Positions 9,060 through 17,899 are shown, numbered from the stretch's first letter. The stretch is DNA of 64,000 nt from Vicinamibacterales bacterium (GCA_041394705.1 JAWKHS010000007.1:133057-197056); one strand, 5' to 3'. Numbers and translations are program-made. The notes: a model not told the origin generated them from the letters alone.

Positions 9060-10385
9060 TCACTCGTACCGAAGGGCCTCGATCGGGTCGAGCCGCGAGG
9101 CGCGCCAGGCCGGCACGAACGCGCTCACCAGCCCGACGACCATGAGGATCGCGGCGCAGATGGCGAGCAGTTCCACCGACAGCAGCAGGTGGATGTCCGC
9201 CGACCGCGAGCGGTCGTCGAGCAGCTCGGACAGGAACGGGCGGGGGCTCACGAGCAGCACCAATCCCCACGAGACCAGGACGCCGATGGCGCCGCCGGCC
9301 ACCGCCGTCGCCATGCCCTCCATGAGGAACTGCAGCAGGATCGAGCGACGCCGGGCGCCCAGCGCCTTCCGGATGCCGATCTCGCGCGTCCGCTCGGTGA
9401 CGGACACGAACATGACGTTCATCACGCCCACGCCGCCGATGGCCAGCGTCAGCACCCCGATGAACGTGAGCACGAGCTTCAGGCCCAGCGTGATGCCAGC
9501 CGTGATCTGGGCCGTCTGCGAGGAGCCGAACAGCCTGAGCGCGCGCTCGTCGTTCGGATCGAAGCCGAGCCGCTTGCCGAGCGTCTCCTTCACGTAGCGG
9601 GTCGCCCGGTCTTCCTTCGAGGCGTCCACCGCCTGGTACACCATCACCGTGGAGTACTCGGTGTTCCAGAGCTGCCCGGCCGTGGTGTACGGGATGAAGA
9701 TCGACTCCTTGTCCGGGCGCATGTAGTTCGAGAGCTGCACCTTCTCCCGCTGGACGCCGGCCACCTCGAACGCCATCCCGCCGATCCGGACCCGCTGGCC
9801 CACGGGGGGAACGTTGCCGAAGATCTTCCGGGCGACCTCGCTGCCGAGGAATGCCACCCGACGCTGGAGGCGCACGTCCTCCGCGTCCGGGAACCGTCCC
9901 GCCTGCACCCATTGGCTGCGCATCACGGCGTACTCGGGCGACACGCCCCGCACCAGGAACGAGCCCTGCTTGGCGCCCCAGCTGATGTTGAACTCCTTCG
10001 TGAACTCCGGGCTCACGAACTTGACGAAGGGAAGGCCGCGCACCGAGAGGACGTCGGCTTCCTTGAGCCGGATTCGCTTGCCGGCGCGTTCGCCACCGGC
10101 CTGGGAGGAGGTCTGCCCCGGCCAGACGATCACCACGCCGTCCCCGAAGGCGCCTCGGAACCCGCGTTCGAGCGCGGCCTGGAACCCATTGCCGTACGCG
10201 AGCAGCATGACCACGGACACGATGCCCCAGGAGATGCCGAGCATCGACAGGCCCGCGCGCACCCGGTTGCGCGCGAGCCCGGCGGCCGCCTCGCGGACCA
10301 CGTCGCCGAGCCGGGCGCCCCCGGCGGTCCGCGGGCGCGGGATGGCGGCGATCGGCACGGCGGACGCGGTGTCGTGGGCGGCCAT
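9060..10385 (-). CDS. MacB/FtsX-type ABC transporter permease (no fused ATPase domain)
   Basis: N-terminal TM (GLSMLGISWGIVSVVMLLAYGNGF), large periplasmic domain, and a C-terminal FtsX 3-TM block with TERTREIGIRKALGARRRSILLQF. Start taken as ATG 10385, 4 nt after the upstream stop. Confidence 0.85.
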   Translation of the reverse strand: MAAHDTASAVPIAAIPRPRTAGGARLGDVVREAAAGLARNRVRAGLSMLGISWGIVSVVMLLAYGNGFQAALERGFRGAFGDGVVIVWPGQTSSQAGGERAGKRIRLKEADVLSVRGLPFVKFVSPEFTKEFNISWGAKQGSFLVRGVSPEYAVMRSQWVQAGRFPDAEDVRLQRRVAFLGSEVARKIFGNVPPVGQRVRIGGMAFEVAGVQREKVQLSNYMRPDKESIFIPYTTAGQLWNTEYSTVMVYQAVDASKEDRATRYVKETLGKRLGFDPNDERALRLFGSSQTAQITAGITLGLKLVLTFIGVLTLAIGGVGVMNVMFVSVTERTREIGIRKALGARRRSILLQFLMEGMATAVAGGAIGVLVSWGLVLLVSPRPFLSELLDDRSRSADIHLLLSVELLAICAAILMVVGLVSAFVPAWRASRLDPIEALRYE

Positions 10386-10389
10386 GGAC

Positions 10390-11685
10390 CTAGGCGTCGT
10401 AGCGGAGCGCTTCCACCGGCGGGAGGAGCGACGCACGGCGCGCGGGATAGGTGGAGGTCACGACGCCGATGAGCACCAGCACGCCGAGGGCCAGGGCCCC
10501 GGACTGCCACGTCATGACCATCCCCTGGAACCGCGGCGGCATGGGCAGCTGGTTGACGGCCTCGCACAGTCCGGCGGCGAGCGCGAAACCGATGCCGCCG
10601 CTCAGCATGGTCAGGAAGAAGCCCTCGAGGAAGAACTGACGCTGGATGGCCGCCGTCGTCGCCCCGAGCGCCTTGCGGACGCCGATCTCGCGCGTACGCT
10701 CCCGGACGGCGACCAGCATGATGTTCATCACGCCCAGCCCGCCCAGCGCGAGCGTCACCAGGCCGACGGTCCAGAAGAAGTCGCGCATGGTGTCGATCAT
10801 CCGTCCGAACATCAGCGTCTCGAGGGAGGTGTCCCACACGCTCAAGGCGTCGCGGTCGGCCGGCTCGAACCCGTGCCGGGCGGCGAGCACGCGCCGCACG
10901 TCCTTCTCGAGCGGCCAGTCGATGTCGGCGATGCGGCCGGTGCGCGCGTCGAGCACGGACTCGAGGCCGTCGACCACCTGGAGCCGGGGCGCGACGATGA
11001 TCTGCGACAGCGTGCCAGCCGGGACGTCCGGCCGCGGGAAGTCGCGGGCCATGGCGGCGAACGGGACGAACACCTTGTCGTTGTCGGGCCCGCTGTAGTT
11101 GCTGTCCTGTTCCTTCTTGCGGATTTTCCCGACCACGGCGTACGGGAGACCGTTGATCTGGACGATCTCTCCCAAGCCCTCGTGAGCGCCGAAGAGCTGA
11201 TCCCAGGCATCGGCGCCGATGATGGCCACGCGTCGCACCTGCTCCTCGTCGGGCCACCCGAAGACCCGGCCGTGCTCGACGTCGATCGTGCGAATCGCCT
11301 GGTACTGGGGCTCGACGCCATGGACGCTCAGCGCGGCGGCGTTGTAGCGGCTCTTCACCTGGAGCCCGCCGCGGTTGATCTCGGGGCTGACCACGGCGGC
11401 CAGGGGCGACCCGGCGGCGATGGCCCTGGCGTCCTCGAGCGTCAGGAAGATCTGCCGGCCCGCCCGCTGCCCGCCCGCCTGCATCGTCGTGCGGCCGCCC
11501 CAGACGATGGCGATGTTCTTGCCGAGCTCCTCGAGCACGGTCTGGTTGCCGCGCTGAAAGCCCTCGCCGGTGGCCGACAGGATCACGACGGCGATGACGC
11601 CCCACAGGATGCCGAACATCGTCAGCACGCTGCGCAGCTTGTTCGCGCGCAGGTTGTCGATGGCCTGTCGAATCGCCTCGCCCAT
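10390..11685 (-). CDS. MacB/FtsX-type ABC transporter permease (no fused ATPase domain)
   Basis: Real gene is the 3' part of track ORF 10390..12954, starting at MGEAIRQAIDNLRANKLRSVLTMFGILWG (ATG 11685). Contains RERTREIGVRKALGATTAAIQRQF and ends PPVEALRYDA, parallel to its neighbour. Confidence 0.85.
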   Translation of the reverse strand: MGEAIRQAIDNLRANKLRSVLTMFGILWGVIAVVILSATGEGFQRGNQTVLEELGKNIAIVWGGRTTMQAGGQRAGRQIFLTLEDARAIAAGSPLAAVVSPEINRGGLQVKSRYNAAALSVHGVEPQYQAIRTIDVEHGRVFGWPDEEQVRRVAIIGADAWDQLFGAHEGLGEIVQINGLPYAVVGKIRKKEQDSNYSGPDNDKVFVPFAAMARDFPRPDVPAGTLSQIIVAPRLQVVDGLESVLDARTGRIADIDWPLEKDVRRVLAARHGFEPADRDALSVWDTSLETLMFGRMIDTMRDFFWTVGLVTLALGGLGVMNIMLVAVRERTREIGVRKALGATTAAIQRQFFLEGFFLTMLSGGIGFALAAGLCEAVNQLPMPPRFQGMVMTWQSGALALGVLVLIGVVTSTYPARRASLLPPVEALRYDA

Positions 11686-11741
11686 CGTGCGTCCCAGTCC
11701 CGGGCCCCGGATCCCGGGCCCCGCCCTCGTCCGGCGCGGCG

Positions 11742-12947
11742 TCAGCCGGGCAGGACCACCTTGTCTCCGGCCTTCAGGCCGTCGACGACCTCGGTGCGCG
11801 TCCCGTTGCCGATGCCGACCTTCACGGGCACGCGCCGGCGGCCGGAGTCGGTCCCCGGATCGGCGACCTCCACGAAGGCGGCCCTCGTCTCGTCGTAGAG
11901 GACCGCGGCCTCGGGCACGATGAGCGTGTCCGGCCGCTCCTCCAGGATGACCTCCGCGTTGGCGGTCATGTTCGCCTTCAACTGCTTGCCGGGGTTTTCG
12001 ATCGACACCTCGATCTCGAAGGTCGTGACGTTGTCCTTCTCGACGCCGATCGGCGAGATCTGGGTGACCTTCCCCGTGAACGTCTTGTCCCGGAAGCTCT
12101 CGGTCGTGATGCGCGCGGGCATGCCCAGCCTGACGAAGCCGATGTCGGCCTCGTCCACCTTGCCGCGCACGAACACCTGGCCGATGTCGCCGAGGGTCAT
12201 CACCAGGGTGGCGTTGGCGCCCAGATTGAGGATGGACGACACCGGGCTCCCGATCTCCACGTCGCGCGTGAGGACGGTACCGGCGATGGGCGCCCGGATG
12301 GTCGCGTTGGCCAGCTCTTCCTCGGCGCGCTCGGTCGCCGCCTGGGCCTGCGCCACCTGGGCCCGGGCCTCCTGCACCTTCGCGCGGCTCACGAGCAGCT
12401 GCGACTGCGCAGCCCGCTGCCGGTTGAGCGCCTGTTCGTACGCCGTCCTGGCCTGGTCCAGGGCTTCCTGCGAGATGAGCTTCTGCGCCGACAACTCGCG
12501 AGCCCGCTCGTTCGCCGACTTCGCGAAGGCCACGTCGGGCGCCTCGGCTTCGATCTCGTTCTTCCTGGCCTGGGCTTCGGCGGCGGTCTGGGCCGCGCGA
12601 GCGGCCTCGAGATTCGCCCTCGCCTCGCGCAGCCGCGCGTTCAGGTTCTCCTTGTCCAGTTCCGCCAGGACCTGGCCGGGGGCGATCTGGGAATCGACGT
12701 CGACGGCCAGGCGCTCGATGATGCCGTTGGCCTTCGACTTGATCTCGACCTTGGTGATCGGCTCGATCTTCCCGGTTGCGACCACCGATCGCACCATGGG
12801 GCCGCGCTCGACCGTCGCCAGGCGCGAGGGATCGATGGGGGCGCCGGCGCCGTTGGCGGTCGAGAAGTAGGCGCCGGCGGCCACGAGGGCCAGGACGGAG
12901 CCGCCGAAGGTGAGCTTGCGCGTTCTGGACATGACGGGTGGGCGCAT
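11742..12947 (-). CDS. Periplasmic adaptor (membrane fusion protein, HlyD/MacA family)
   Basis: N-terminal TM anchor, long coiled-coil (LEAARAAQTAAEAQARKNEIEAE...), and beta-barrel/lipoyl-like segments. Sits directly upstream of the two permeases. Confidence 0.85.
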   Translation of the reverse strand: MRPPVMSRTRKLTFGGSVLALVAAGAYFSTANGAGAPIDPSRLATVERGPMVRSVVATGKIEPITKVEIKSKANGIIERLAVDVDSQIAPGQVLAELDKENLNARLREARANLEAARAAQTAAEAQARKNEIEAEAPDVAFAKSANERARELSAQKLISQEALDQARTAYEQALNRQRAAQSQLLVSRAKVQEARAQVAQAQAATERAEEELANATIRAPIAGTVLTRDVEIGSPVSSILNLGANATLVMTLGDIGQVFVRGKVDEADIGFVRLGMPARITTESFRDKTFTGKVTQISPIGVEKDNVTTFEIEVSIENPGKQLKANMTANAEVILEERPDTLIVPEAAVLYDETRAAFVEVADPGTDSGRRRVPVKVGIGNGTRTEVVDGLKAGDKVVLPG

Positions 12948-13006
12948 CGGCCACTAGGAATTACGGGCACCCAGACGGCCGGGTTCCGGGACGGCTCCGC
13001 GGTTGG

Positions 13007-13012
13007 TACAAT
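13007..13012 (+). promoter_or_regulatory. -10-like hexamer TACAAT with upstream TG, 10 nt before the FHA gene ATG (possible leaderless transcript)
   Basis: Read directly: TGGTACAAT then 10 nt then ATG 13023. No Shine-Dalgarno sequence fits in the gap. Confidence 0.3.
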
Positions 13013-13022
13013 CCCGTCCCGC

Positions 13023-13331
13023 ATGTGGCTTCTCGAGTCCGCCGCCGACGCCTCCGAACGCCTGCTCTTCCGGATCCTGCCGGGCGGAATCAAGACGGTG
13101 GGCCGGGCGCCGAGAGCGGACTTCGTCGTGGACGCCCCGCTGGTGTCACGCCTGCACTGCCGCCTCACGCTCCAGTCCGATGGCCTGCTGGTCGAGGACC
13201 TCGAGAGCACGAACGGCACGTTCGTGAACGGCGAGCGCGTCCAGAAGCTGCTGATGCGCAGCGGCGACGCGCTGAAGGTGGGGCGAGTGGAGTTCTCGGT
13301 CCGCGAGGCCGGGGACGCCGGCGGCGCGTGA
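13023..13331 (+). CDS. Stand-alone FHA-domain protein
   Basis: TVGRAPRADFVVDAPLVSRLHCRL...DLESTNGTFVNGERV is the FHA signature (G-R ... S-x-x-H ... N-G). Confidence 0.8.
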   Translation: MWLLESAADASERLLFRILPGGIKTVGRAPRADFVVDAPLVSRLHCRLTLQSDGLLVEDLESTNGTFVNGERVQKLLMRSGDALKVGRVEFSVREAGDAGGA

Positions 13332-13353
13332 CGCGCGACCAGCGAGCCTGAGC

Positions 13354-14016
13354 TCAGCCGCGGGTGGCGGCGGCCCAGTCGAGCAGGAACGGGTTGGTCT
13401 GCCGCTCCCGGCCGATGGTCGTGTCGGGGCCGTGGCCGGGGCGGACGACCGCGTCGTCGCCGAACGGCAGCAGCACGCCGGTGATGGCCCGCATCAGCAC
13501 GTCGTAGTTCCCGCCGGGCAGATCTGTCCGGCCGATCGACCCGGCGAACAGCGTGTCGCCGACGAAGAGGTCCATGCCCGGCACCCCTCGCGGGCCCACC
13601 TGGAGGCACACGTTGCCCGGGCAGTGGCCGGGCGTGTGATGCACGAACACGTCGTAGTCGCCGAACCGGATCGGCCCCGGCCCGTCGTAGTAGCGGTCGA
13701 CCGGCGGCGGCGGCTCGAGCTCGTAGCCGAACATGGCGCCCTGCTCCACGGCGTGGGCGTAGAGCCAGGCGTCGTCGGGGTGCAGCCAGATCGGCGCGCC
13801 CAGGGCCCGCTTCGCCGCGGCCACTCCAGACACGTGGTCCACGTGGGCGTGGGTGAGGAGGAGGCCCGTCACCGTCAGCCGCTCGCGCGCGACGTAGTCG
13901 AGCAGATCCTGGACCTCGTCCCCGGGATCGATGTAGATGGCCTCGCGCGTCCGCTCGCAGCTGACGACGAAGCCGTTCTTGAGGAAGGGCGGCGCGCACG
14001 CGGACTCGATCACCAT
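13354..14016 (-). CDS. MBL-fold metallo-hydrolase (glyoxalase II-like)
   Basis: Real gene is the 3' part of the track ORF, starting at MVIESACAPPF (ATG 14016). Contains LLTHAHVDHV (HxHxDH), HTPGHCPG and GDTLFAGSIGRTD. Confidence 0.85.
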   Translation of the reverse strand: MVIESACAPPFLKNGFVVSCERTREAIYIDPGDEVQDLLDYVARERLTVTGLLLTHAHVDHVSGVAAAKRALGAPIWLHPDDAWLYAHAVEQGAMFGYELEPPPPVDRYYDGPGPIRFGDYDVFVHHTPGHCPGNVCLQVGPRGVPGMDLFVGDTLFAGSIGRTDLPGGNYDVLMRAITGVLLPFGDDAVVRPGHGPDTTIGRERQTNPFLLDWAAATRG

Positions 14017-14018
14017 GG

Positions 14019-14732
14019 CTACTTCCTCGGCGGACGGGCGGGCCGGATCTCGATGCGGCTGGGCAGGCTCCGCGCCGGATGGGACAGGAGGTGCAGGACC
14101 GCAGCAGCCACGTCCTCGGGGTGCAGCTTCCAGTCGGCGCCCGCGTCCGGCGCCCTGCCGCTGAAGCCCGTCGCCACAGAGCCCGGGCAGATCTGGGCGA
14201 CGCGGATTCCGTCGTGCCGTACTTCCTGCATCAGGGCCTCGCTGAAGGCGTCGAGACCGGCCTTGGTCGCGCAGTAGGCGGCGCCGCCGACGAAGGGGTT
14301 CTTGCCGGCCAGGCTGCTGACGTTCACGATCCAGCCGCCGCCGCGGGCCTTGAGATGCGGCAGCGCGGTCCGGCAGCAGTGGAAGACCCCGGTCAGGTTC
14401 GTGTCGATGAGGCGATGCCACTCGGCCTCGTCGAGATCGGCGATGGGCGCGCCGACGCCGACGCCCGCGTTGTTCACGAGCAGGTCGAGGCCGCCGAACC
14501 GCTGGGTCGCGGCGTCGATGGCCCGGCGGACGGCCCCCGCGTCGCGGACGTCGCACTCGAGGCCCATGACGCGGGTGGCGTCACCGGCGGCGAGCGCGAC
14601 GGCCGTCTCGGCCCGCTGCGCCGACTCGATCGACGTGCCGGTCAGCGCCACCGAGTCGCCGCGCGCCACCAACGCTTTCACGACCGCGAGGCCGATGCCC
14701 CGCGTCCCCCCCGTGACGAACGCTACCGCCAT
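14019..14732 (-). CDS. Short-chain dehydrogenase/reductase (SDR)
   Basis: Starts MAVAFVTGGTRGIGLAV (ATG 14732). Contains NNAG and YCATKAG (YxxxK). Its stop is 2 nt from the MBL gene start. Confidence 0.9.
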   Translation of the reverse strand: MAVAFVTGGTRGIGLAVVKALVARGDSVALTGTSIESAQRAETAVALAAGDATRVMGLECDVRDAGAVRRAIDAATQRFGGLDLLVNNAGVGVGAPIADLDEAEWHRLIDTNLTGVFHCCRTALPHLKARGGGWIVNVSSLAGKNPFVGGAAYCATKAGLDAFSEALMQEVRHDGIRVAQICPGSVATGFSGRAPDAGADWKLHPEDVAAAVLHLLSHPARSLPSRIEIRPARPPRK

Positions 14733-14825
14733 CGTGCCCCTCGTCCAGCGGCTGGCGGCCCGCCAGCCGGAGCGCACCGGGAGGGGCTGGCAAATCCACG
14801 CCCCGGTTCCCTGGCCCCGAGCCCC

Positions 14826-14831
14826 TAGAAT
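14826..14831 (+). promoter_or_regulatory. -10-like hexamer TAGAAT, 6 nt before GTG 14838 (possible leaderless transcript)
   Basis: Read directly: CTAGAATATCCCCGTG. Confidence 0.3.
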
Positions 14832-14837
14832 ATCCCC

Positions 14838-15686
14838 GTGTCCACCCTCGCCGTGCTGGGCGCCGGACCGATCGGCGCGGCGACCACCTACCTCGCGGCG
14901 GCCTCTGGCACGGCGCGCCGCGTCGTCCTCGTGGACGACGCCGCCGACGTCGCACGCGGCCTCGCCCTCGACATCCGGCAATCGGGCTCGATCACGGGGT
15001 CGGATGCGGCCGTGGATGGCACGGGCGACATCGGCGCCATCCTGGGCGCCTCGGTCGTGGTGGTGGCCGATCGGCATGGCGCGACCGGCGGCCGCACGGA
15101 CGCCGAACTCGCCGCCCTGGCGGCGGCGCGAACGCTCAATCCGCGCGCGCTCATGGTGTGCGCCGGGCCCGACGACGCCGGCCTCGTCGAGCACCTGGTC
15201 AATGAGCGGGCCGCGGACCGCCGGCGCGTGGTCGCGGCGGCGCCCGAGGCGCTGCGAAGCGGCGCGGCGGCCCTGGCGGCGCTGGAGGCGGGCACGTCAC
15301 CCCTCGACGTGGTCCTGGCGGTGCTGGGGCGGCCGCCCAGGGAGCTGTTCGTGGGCTGGTCGGGGGCGTCCATCGGCGGCTCTGCGGCCGCCGATGTCCT
15401 GACGCCGCCCGCCTTGAGCCGTCTGGACGGCCAAGTGGCCAGGCTGTGGCCACCCGGGCCGTTCGCCCTGGCGGCGGCGGCCGTCCGCGTGGCCGGCCGC
15501 TTCGCGGACCTGACGCCAGGCTGGTGCTGCGTGTTCCTGGTCCCGCCCGCGGACGAGGGTCCGCGGACGCGCGGCGTGGCCATCCCGGCCGCGTTCGACT
15601 CCCACGGAGTCACACCCCACTGGCCGGCGCTCGCGCCCAGGGACCGCGTCCGCCTGGCGTCGCTTGCTGGAGGACGGACGGGCTGA
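14838..15686 (+). CDS. Malate/lactate dehydrogenase-like protein with apparently degenerate active site
   Basis: N-terminal Rossmann LAVLGAGPIGAATTYLAA...VVLVD aligns by eye with LDH-like MDHs. The positions of the substrate Arg loop, the NPVD motif and the catalytic GGHGD read HGATGG, AGPDD and LGRPPR here. Confidence 0.6.
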   Translation: MSTLAVLGAGPIGAATTYLAAASGTARRVVLVDDAADVARGLALDIRQSGSITGSDAAVDGTGDIGAILGASVVVVADRHGATGGRTDAELAALAAARTLNPRALMVCAGPDDAGLVEHLVNERAADRRRVVAAAPEALRSGAAALAALEAGTSPLDVVLAVLGRPPRELFVGWSGASIGGSAAADVLTPPALSRLDGQVARLWPPGPFALAAAAVRVAGRFADLTPGWCCVFLVPPADEGPRTRGVAIPAAFDSHGVTPHWPALAPRDRVRLASLAGGRTG

Positions 15687-15703
15687 CGGGGCGCCGGCCG
15701 GGA

Positions 15704-16324
15704 TCAGCAGGCCGTAATCGGCGAGTGCAGCGACAGGCCGCCGGCGAAGTGGGCCAGACGGTCCCGCAGGATGAGCCGCCCGCGGTGCAGCCGCGACTTC
15801 AACGTCTGGTCCTTCACGTTCAGCTGGCGGCTCGCCTCTTCGGTGGACAGCCCGCGCAGGTCCCTCAGGATCACCGGCGCCCGGTAGATGGCGGGCAGCT
15901 CGGCCACCGCGGCCCGGAGCGCCTCGCGCAGCTGGCGCCGGTGGACCAGGTCGTCGCCCAGTCCTGTCCAGTCCGCGGGCTCGGTCTGACGCGCCACCCC
16001 CTCGTCATGGGCGGGGGCCGGGTCGGCCGGGACCTCGTGGATGCGGGCCGAACGCGTCGAGCGGAGGCGCGACATGGCGGCGTTGAACGTGATGCGGTAG
16101 ATCCAGGACGACAGGGCGGCATCTCCGCGGAAGGCGTCGATGTTGTCCCGCACCTTCAGCAGGACGTCCTGGACGATCTCTTCGGCGTCTTCCTTGTTCC
16201 GGGTGTACCGGAAGGCGAGCTGGTAGACCCGGGCCCCGTAAGTACGGGCCAGGTCGGTCAGGGCCGACTCGTCGCCGGCCTGCAGGCGCTCCAAGAGCGC
16301 GGCATCGCTGGAGGTTCGTGGCAC
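15704..16324 (-). CDS. ECF-type RNA polymerase sigma factor
   Basis: Region 2 (VYQLAFRYTRNKEDAEEIVQDVLLKV, SWIYRITFNAAM) and region 4 (ILRDLRGLSTEEASRQLNVKDQTLKSRLHRGR). GTG start. Confidence 0.85.
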   Translation of the reverse strand: MPRTSSDAALLERLQAGDESALTDLARTYGARVYQLAFRYTRNKEDAEEIVQDVLLKVRDNIDAFRGDAALSSWIYRITFNAAMSRLRSTRSARIHEVPADPAPAHDEGVARQTEPADWTGLGDDLVHRRQLREALRAAVAELPAIYRAPVILRDLRGLSTEEASRQLNVKDQTLKSRLHRGRLILRDRLAHFAGGLSLHSPITAC

Positions 16325-16329
16325 GGGAT

Positions 16330-16370
16330 CCTCGTCGTGTTGGGTTCACAGGGGTGAACACCAGACGAGG
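16330..16370. other. Long imperfect palindrome/hairpin with core GTTCAC-AGGG-GTGAAC and outer arms CCTCGTC/GACGAGG
   Basis: Read directly. About 16 pairable bp. Lies 6-46 nt upstream of the ECF sigma start and about 85 nt downstream of the preceding membrane-protein gene. Confidence 0.4.
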
Positions 16371-16454
16371 CCGATCCATTCCCGGAGGCCGGAGCGGCAC
16401 CCGGGCATCCGGTCGGCCGGGGGCGGGCCTGGGCCGGCGGGACCCTGCGGGGCC

Positions 16455-17096
16455 TCAGATGTGGTGGAGGCCGCCCCAGATGGCGGCGACGAGGTAGAAC
16501 GGGACCGCGATGCCCACCCCGACGGCCGCCGCGAGCGCGGCCGACGCCAGCCGGCCCCGGCCGTCCACGACCGGCAGGGCCGCGTGGCTGCCGCCGTCGA
16601 CCTCGAACTCGCGCACCTTCAGGATGGCCCGCGCGGCGATGACGACGGTCGCGGTGATGGCCGTGATGAGGGCCAGGGCGTACATCTCGATGTCGGCGTC
16701 GAAGGTGCGGCCGTAGAGCGACACGAGGCGCCAGGCGTTCGCCCCCTGGAACGCGATCCACACCGTCGCGAGGAGGGCGATGCCCTCGGCCGCGTGCGCG
16801 GCGGCCACGTCGGGCAGGACGTGCGCGCCGTCCGTGCGCCGGCGGCGCACCAGCAGGGCGACGACGCTCATGAAGACGAGGCCCAGGGCCAGCTGGAGGA
16901 CCACCGGCAGGTAGACGAACGCCGGCGTCTTGAAGGCGAACTGAAGGGGGTTGCCGTCCTCGAACAGCACCGGCAGCAGGAGCGGCAACCGGTCGTACGC
17001 GTCGCGAAGGAACACGTAGGTGGCGCCGATGAAGAGCGCGCTCAACCACCCGGCGATGCGGGTGTACTCCGTGCAGCGAGAGGGGGTCTCAGTCAT
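16455..17096 (-). CDS. Hypothetical integral membrane protein
   Basis: Several hydrophobic helices (IAGWLSALFIGATYVFL, VYLPVVLQLALGLVFMSVVALLV, GIALLATVWIAF, ALALITAITATVVIAA, AAAVGVGIAVPFYLVAAIWG). ATG 17096 overlaps the lipB stop (ATGA). No family recognised. Confidence 0.6.
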   Translation of the reverse strand: MTETPSRCTEYTRIAGWLSALFIGATYVFLRDAYDRLPLLLPVLFEDGNPLQFAFKTPAFVYLPVVLQLALGLVFMSVVALLVRRRRTDGAHVLPDVAAAHAAEGIALLATVWIAFQGANAWRLVSLYGRTFDADIEMYALALITAITATVVIAARAILKVREFEVDGGSHAALPVVDGRGRLASAALAAAVGVGIAVPFYLVAAIWGGLHHI

Positions 17097-17806
17097 TCGG
17101 CCGCCGGGTCGGCCAACACTATACGTCGGCCGAAGACGTCTCCGAACTTCTGCACGAACCGTGCCTCGACGTCCTCCATCGGGATTCGCGCCCCGAGTTC
17201 GCGTTCGAGGGAGGTCACGCCGTACTCCGCGATGCCGCACGGAACAATCAGCCGAAAATACTCAAGGTCCGTCCAGACATTCAACGCGATGCCGTGGCTC
17301 GTGACCCAGCGCGAGATCCGGACGCCGATCGCGCCGATCTTGGCGGCCGCGCCGGACGTCGATTCGGTGGACTCGACGGGCAGGTGCAGCCAGGTGCCGG
17401 TCTTGCCAGGGATGCGACCGGCCGCGAGTCCGAAGGTGGCGCACACGCGGATCATCACCTCTTCGAGGTCCCGCACGTAGCGGTGGACGTCCCGCCGGTC
17501 CGGATCCAGGTCGACGATCGGATAGGCCACGAGCTGTCCCGGGCCGTGATAGGTCACGTCGCCCCCGCGGCCGGTCTCGACCACCCGGACGCCCAGTTCG
17601 GCCAACCGCGCCGCCGGCGCCAGGATGTGGCCGCGACCGCCATCGCCCCGCACGCCCAGCGTCACCACGTGCGGGTGCTGCAGCAGGAGCAGCGTGTCGG
17701 GAATCTCGCCGCGCTTGCGCCGGTCGACGAGCGACTGCTGCAGCGCGAGGGCGTCCTCGTAGGGGACCGTCCCCAGGCATCTGACTACCACCGGGCGCTG
17801 CGGCAT
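17093..17806 (-). CDS. lipB: Octanoyltransferase (lipoyl(octanoyl) transferase)
   Basis: LLLLQHPHVVTLG, ETGRGGDVTYHGPGQLVAYPI, AKIGAIGVRISRWVTSHGIALNV. Confidence 0.9.
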   Translation of the reverse strand: MPQRPVVVRCLGTVPYEDALALQQSLVDRRKRGEIPDTLLLLQHPHVVTLGVRGDGGRGHILAPAARLAELGVRVVETGRGGDVTYHGPGQLVAYPIVDLDPDRRDVHRYVRDLEEVMIRVCATFGLAAGRIPGKTGTWLHLPVESTESTSGAAAKIGAIGVRISRWVTSHGIALNVWTDLEYFRLIVPCGIAEYGVTSLERELGARIPMEDVEARFVQKFGDVFGRRIVLADPAAE

Positions 17807-17899
17807 GTCGTCGTGGCGGGTCTGGACGCCGGTCCCTGACCGCCTGCCGCACGCGAAGCGCTTCGGCCCGTCACGGCGGCGATCCCCTGCGGCAGGCCG

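Noticed and set aside
154-10472. Very long track ORFs such as 154..2490(+), 2931..6428(-), 4403..7651(+) and 7152..10472(+). The same applies elsewhere to 30317..33562(-), 34072..37035(-), 20763..23033(-), 52611..54494(+) and 56829..58664(-).
   Set aside because: Their translations are low-complexity Arg/Gly/Pro/Ala/Asp strings with no recognisable motifs. They lie antisense to, or out of frame with, genes that have clear family signatures. This is the expected open-frame artefact of very high G+C.
10390-12954. 854-aa track ORF apparently fusing the adaptor region and the permease
   Set aside because: Its first ~420 residues are Arg/Gly/Pro-rich nonsense overlapping the genuine HlyD-family frame (11742..12947). 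Real permease sequence starts at Met424 (ATG 11685). The same situation explains the long N-terminal extensions of track ORFs 13354..14556, 14019..15194, 20646..22508, 23536..24570, 38615..39646, 45540..46727, 54584..55990, 60394..62175, 61185..62774 and 62297..63958.
12965-12979. GGGCAC-CCAGA-CGGC upstream of the FHA gene, and a similar GGGAC-N5-TTGCC at about 4204-4218 on the plus strand
   Set aside because: The first lacks the TT of the -12 element. The second points antisense into a convergent gene. Both illustrate that partial GG-N10-GC matches arise by chance in this composition.
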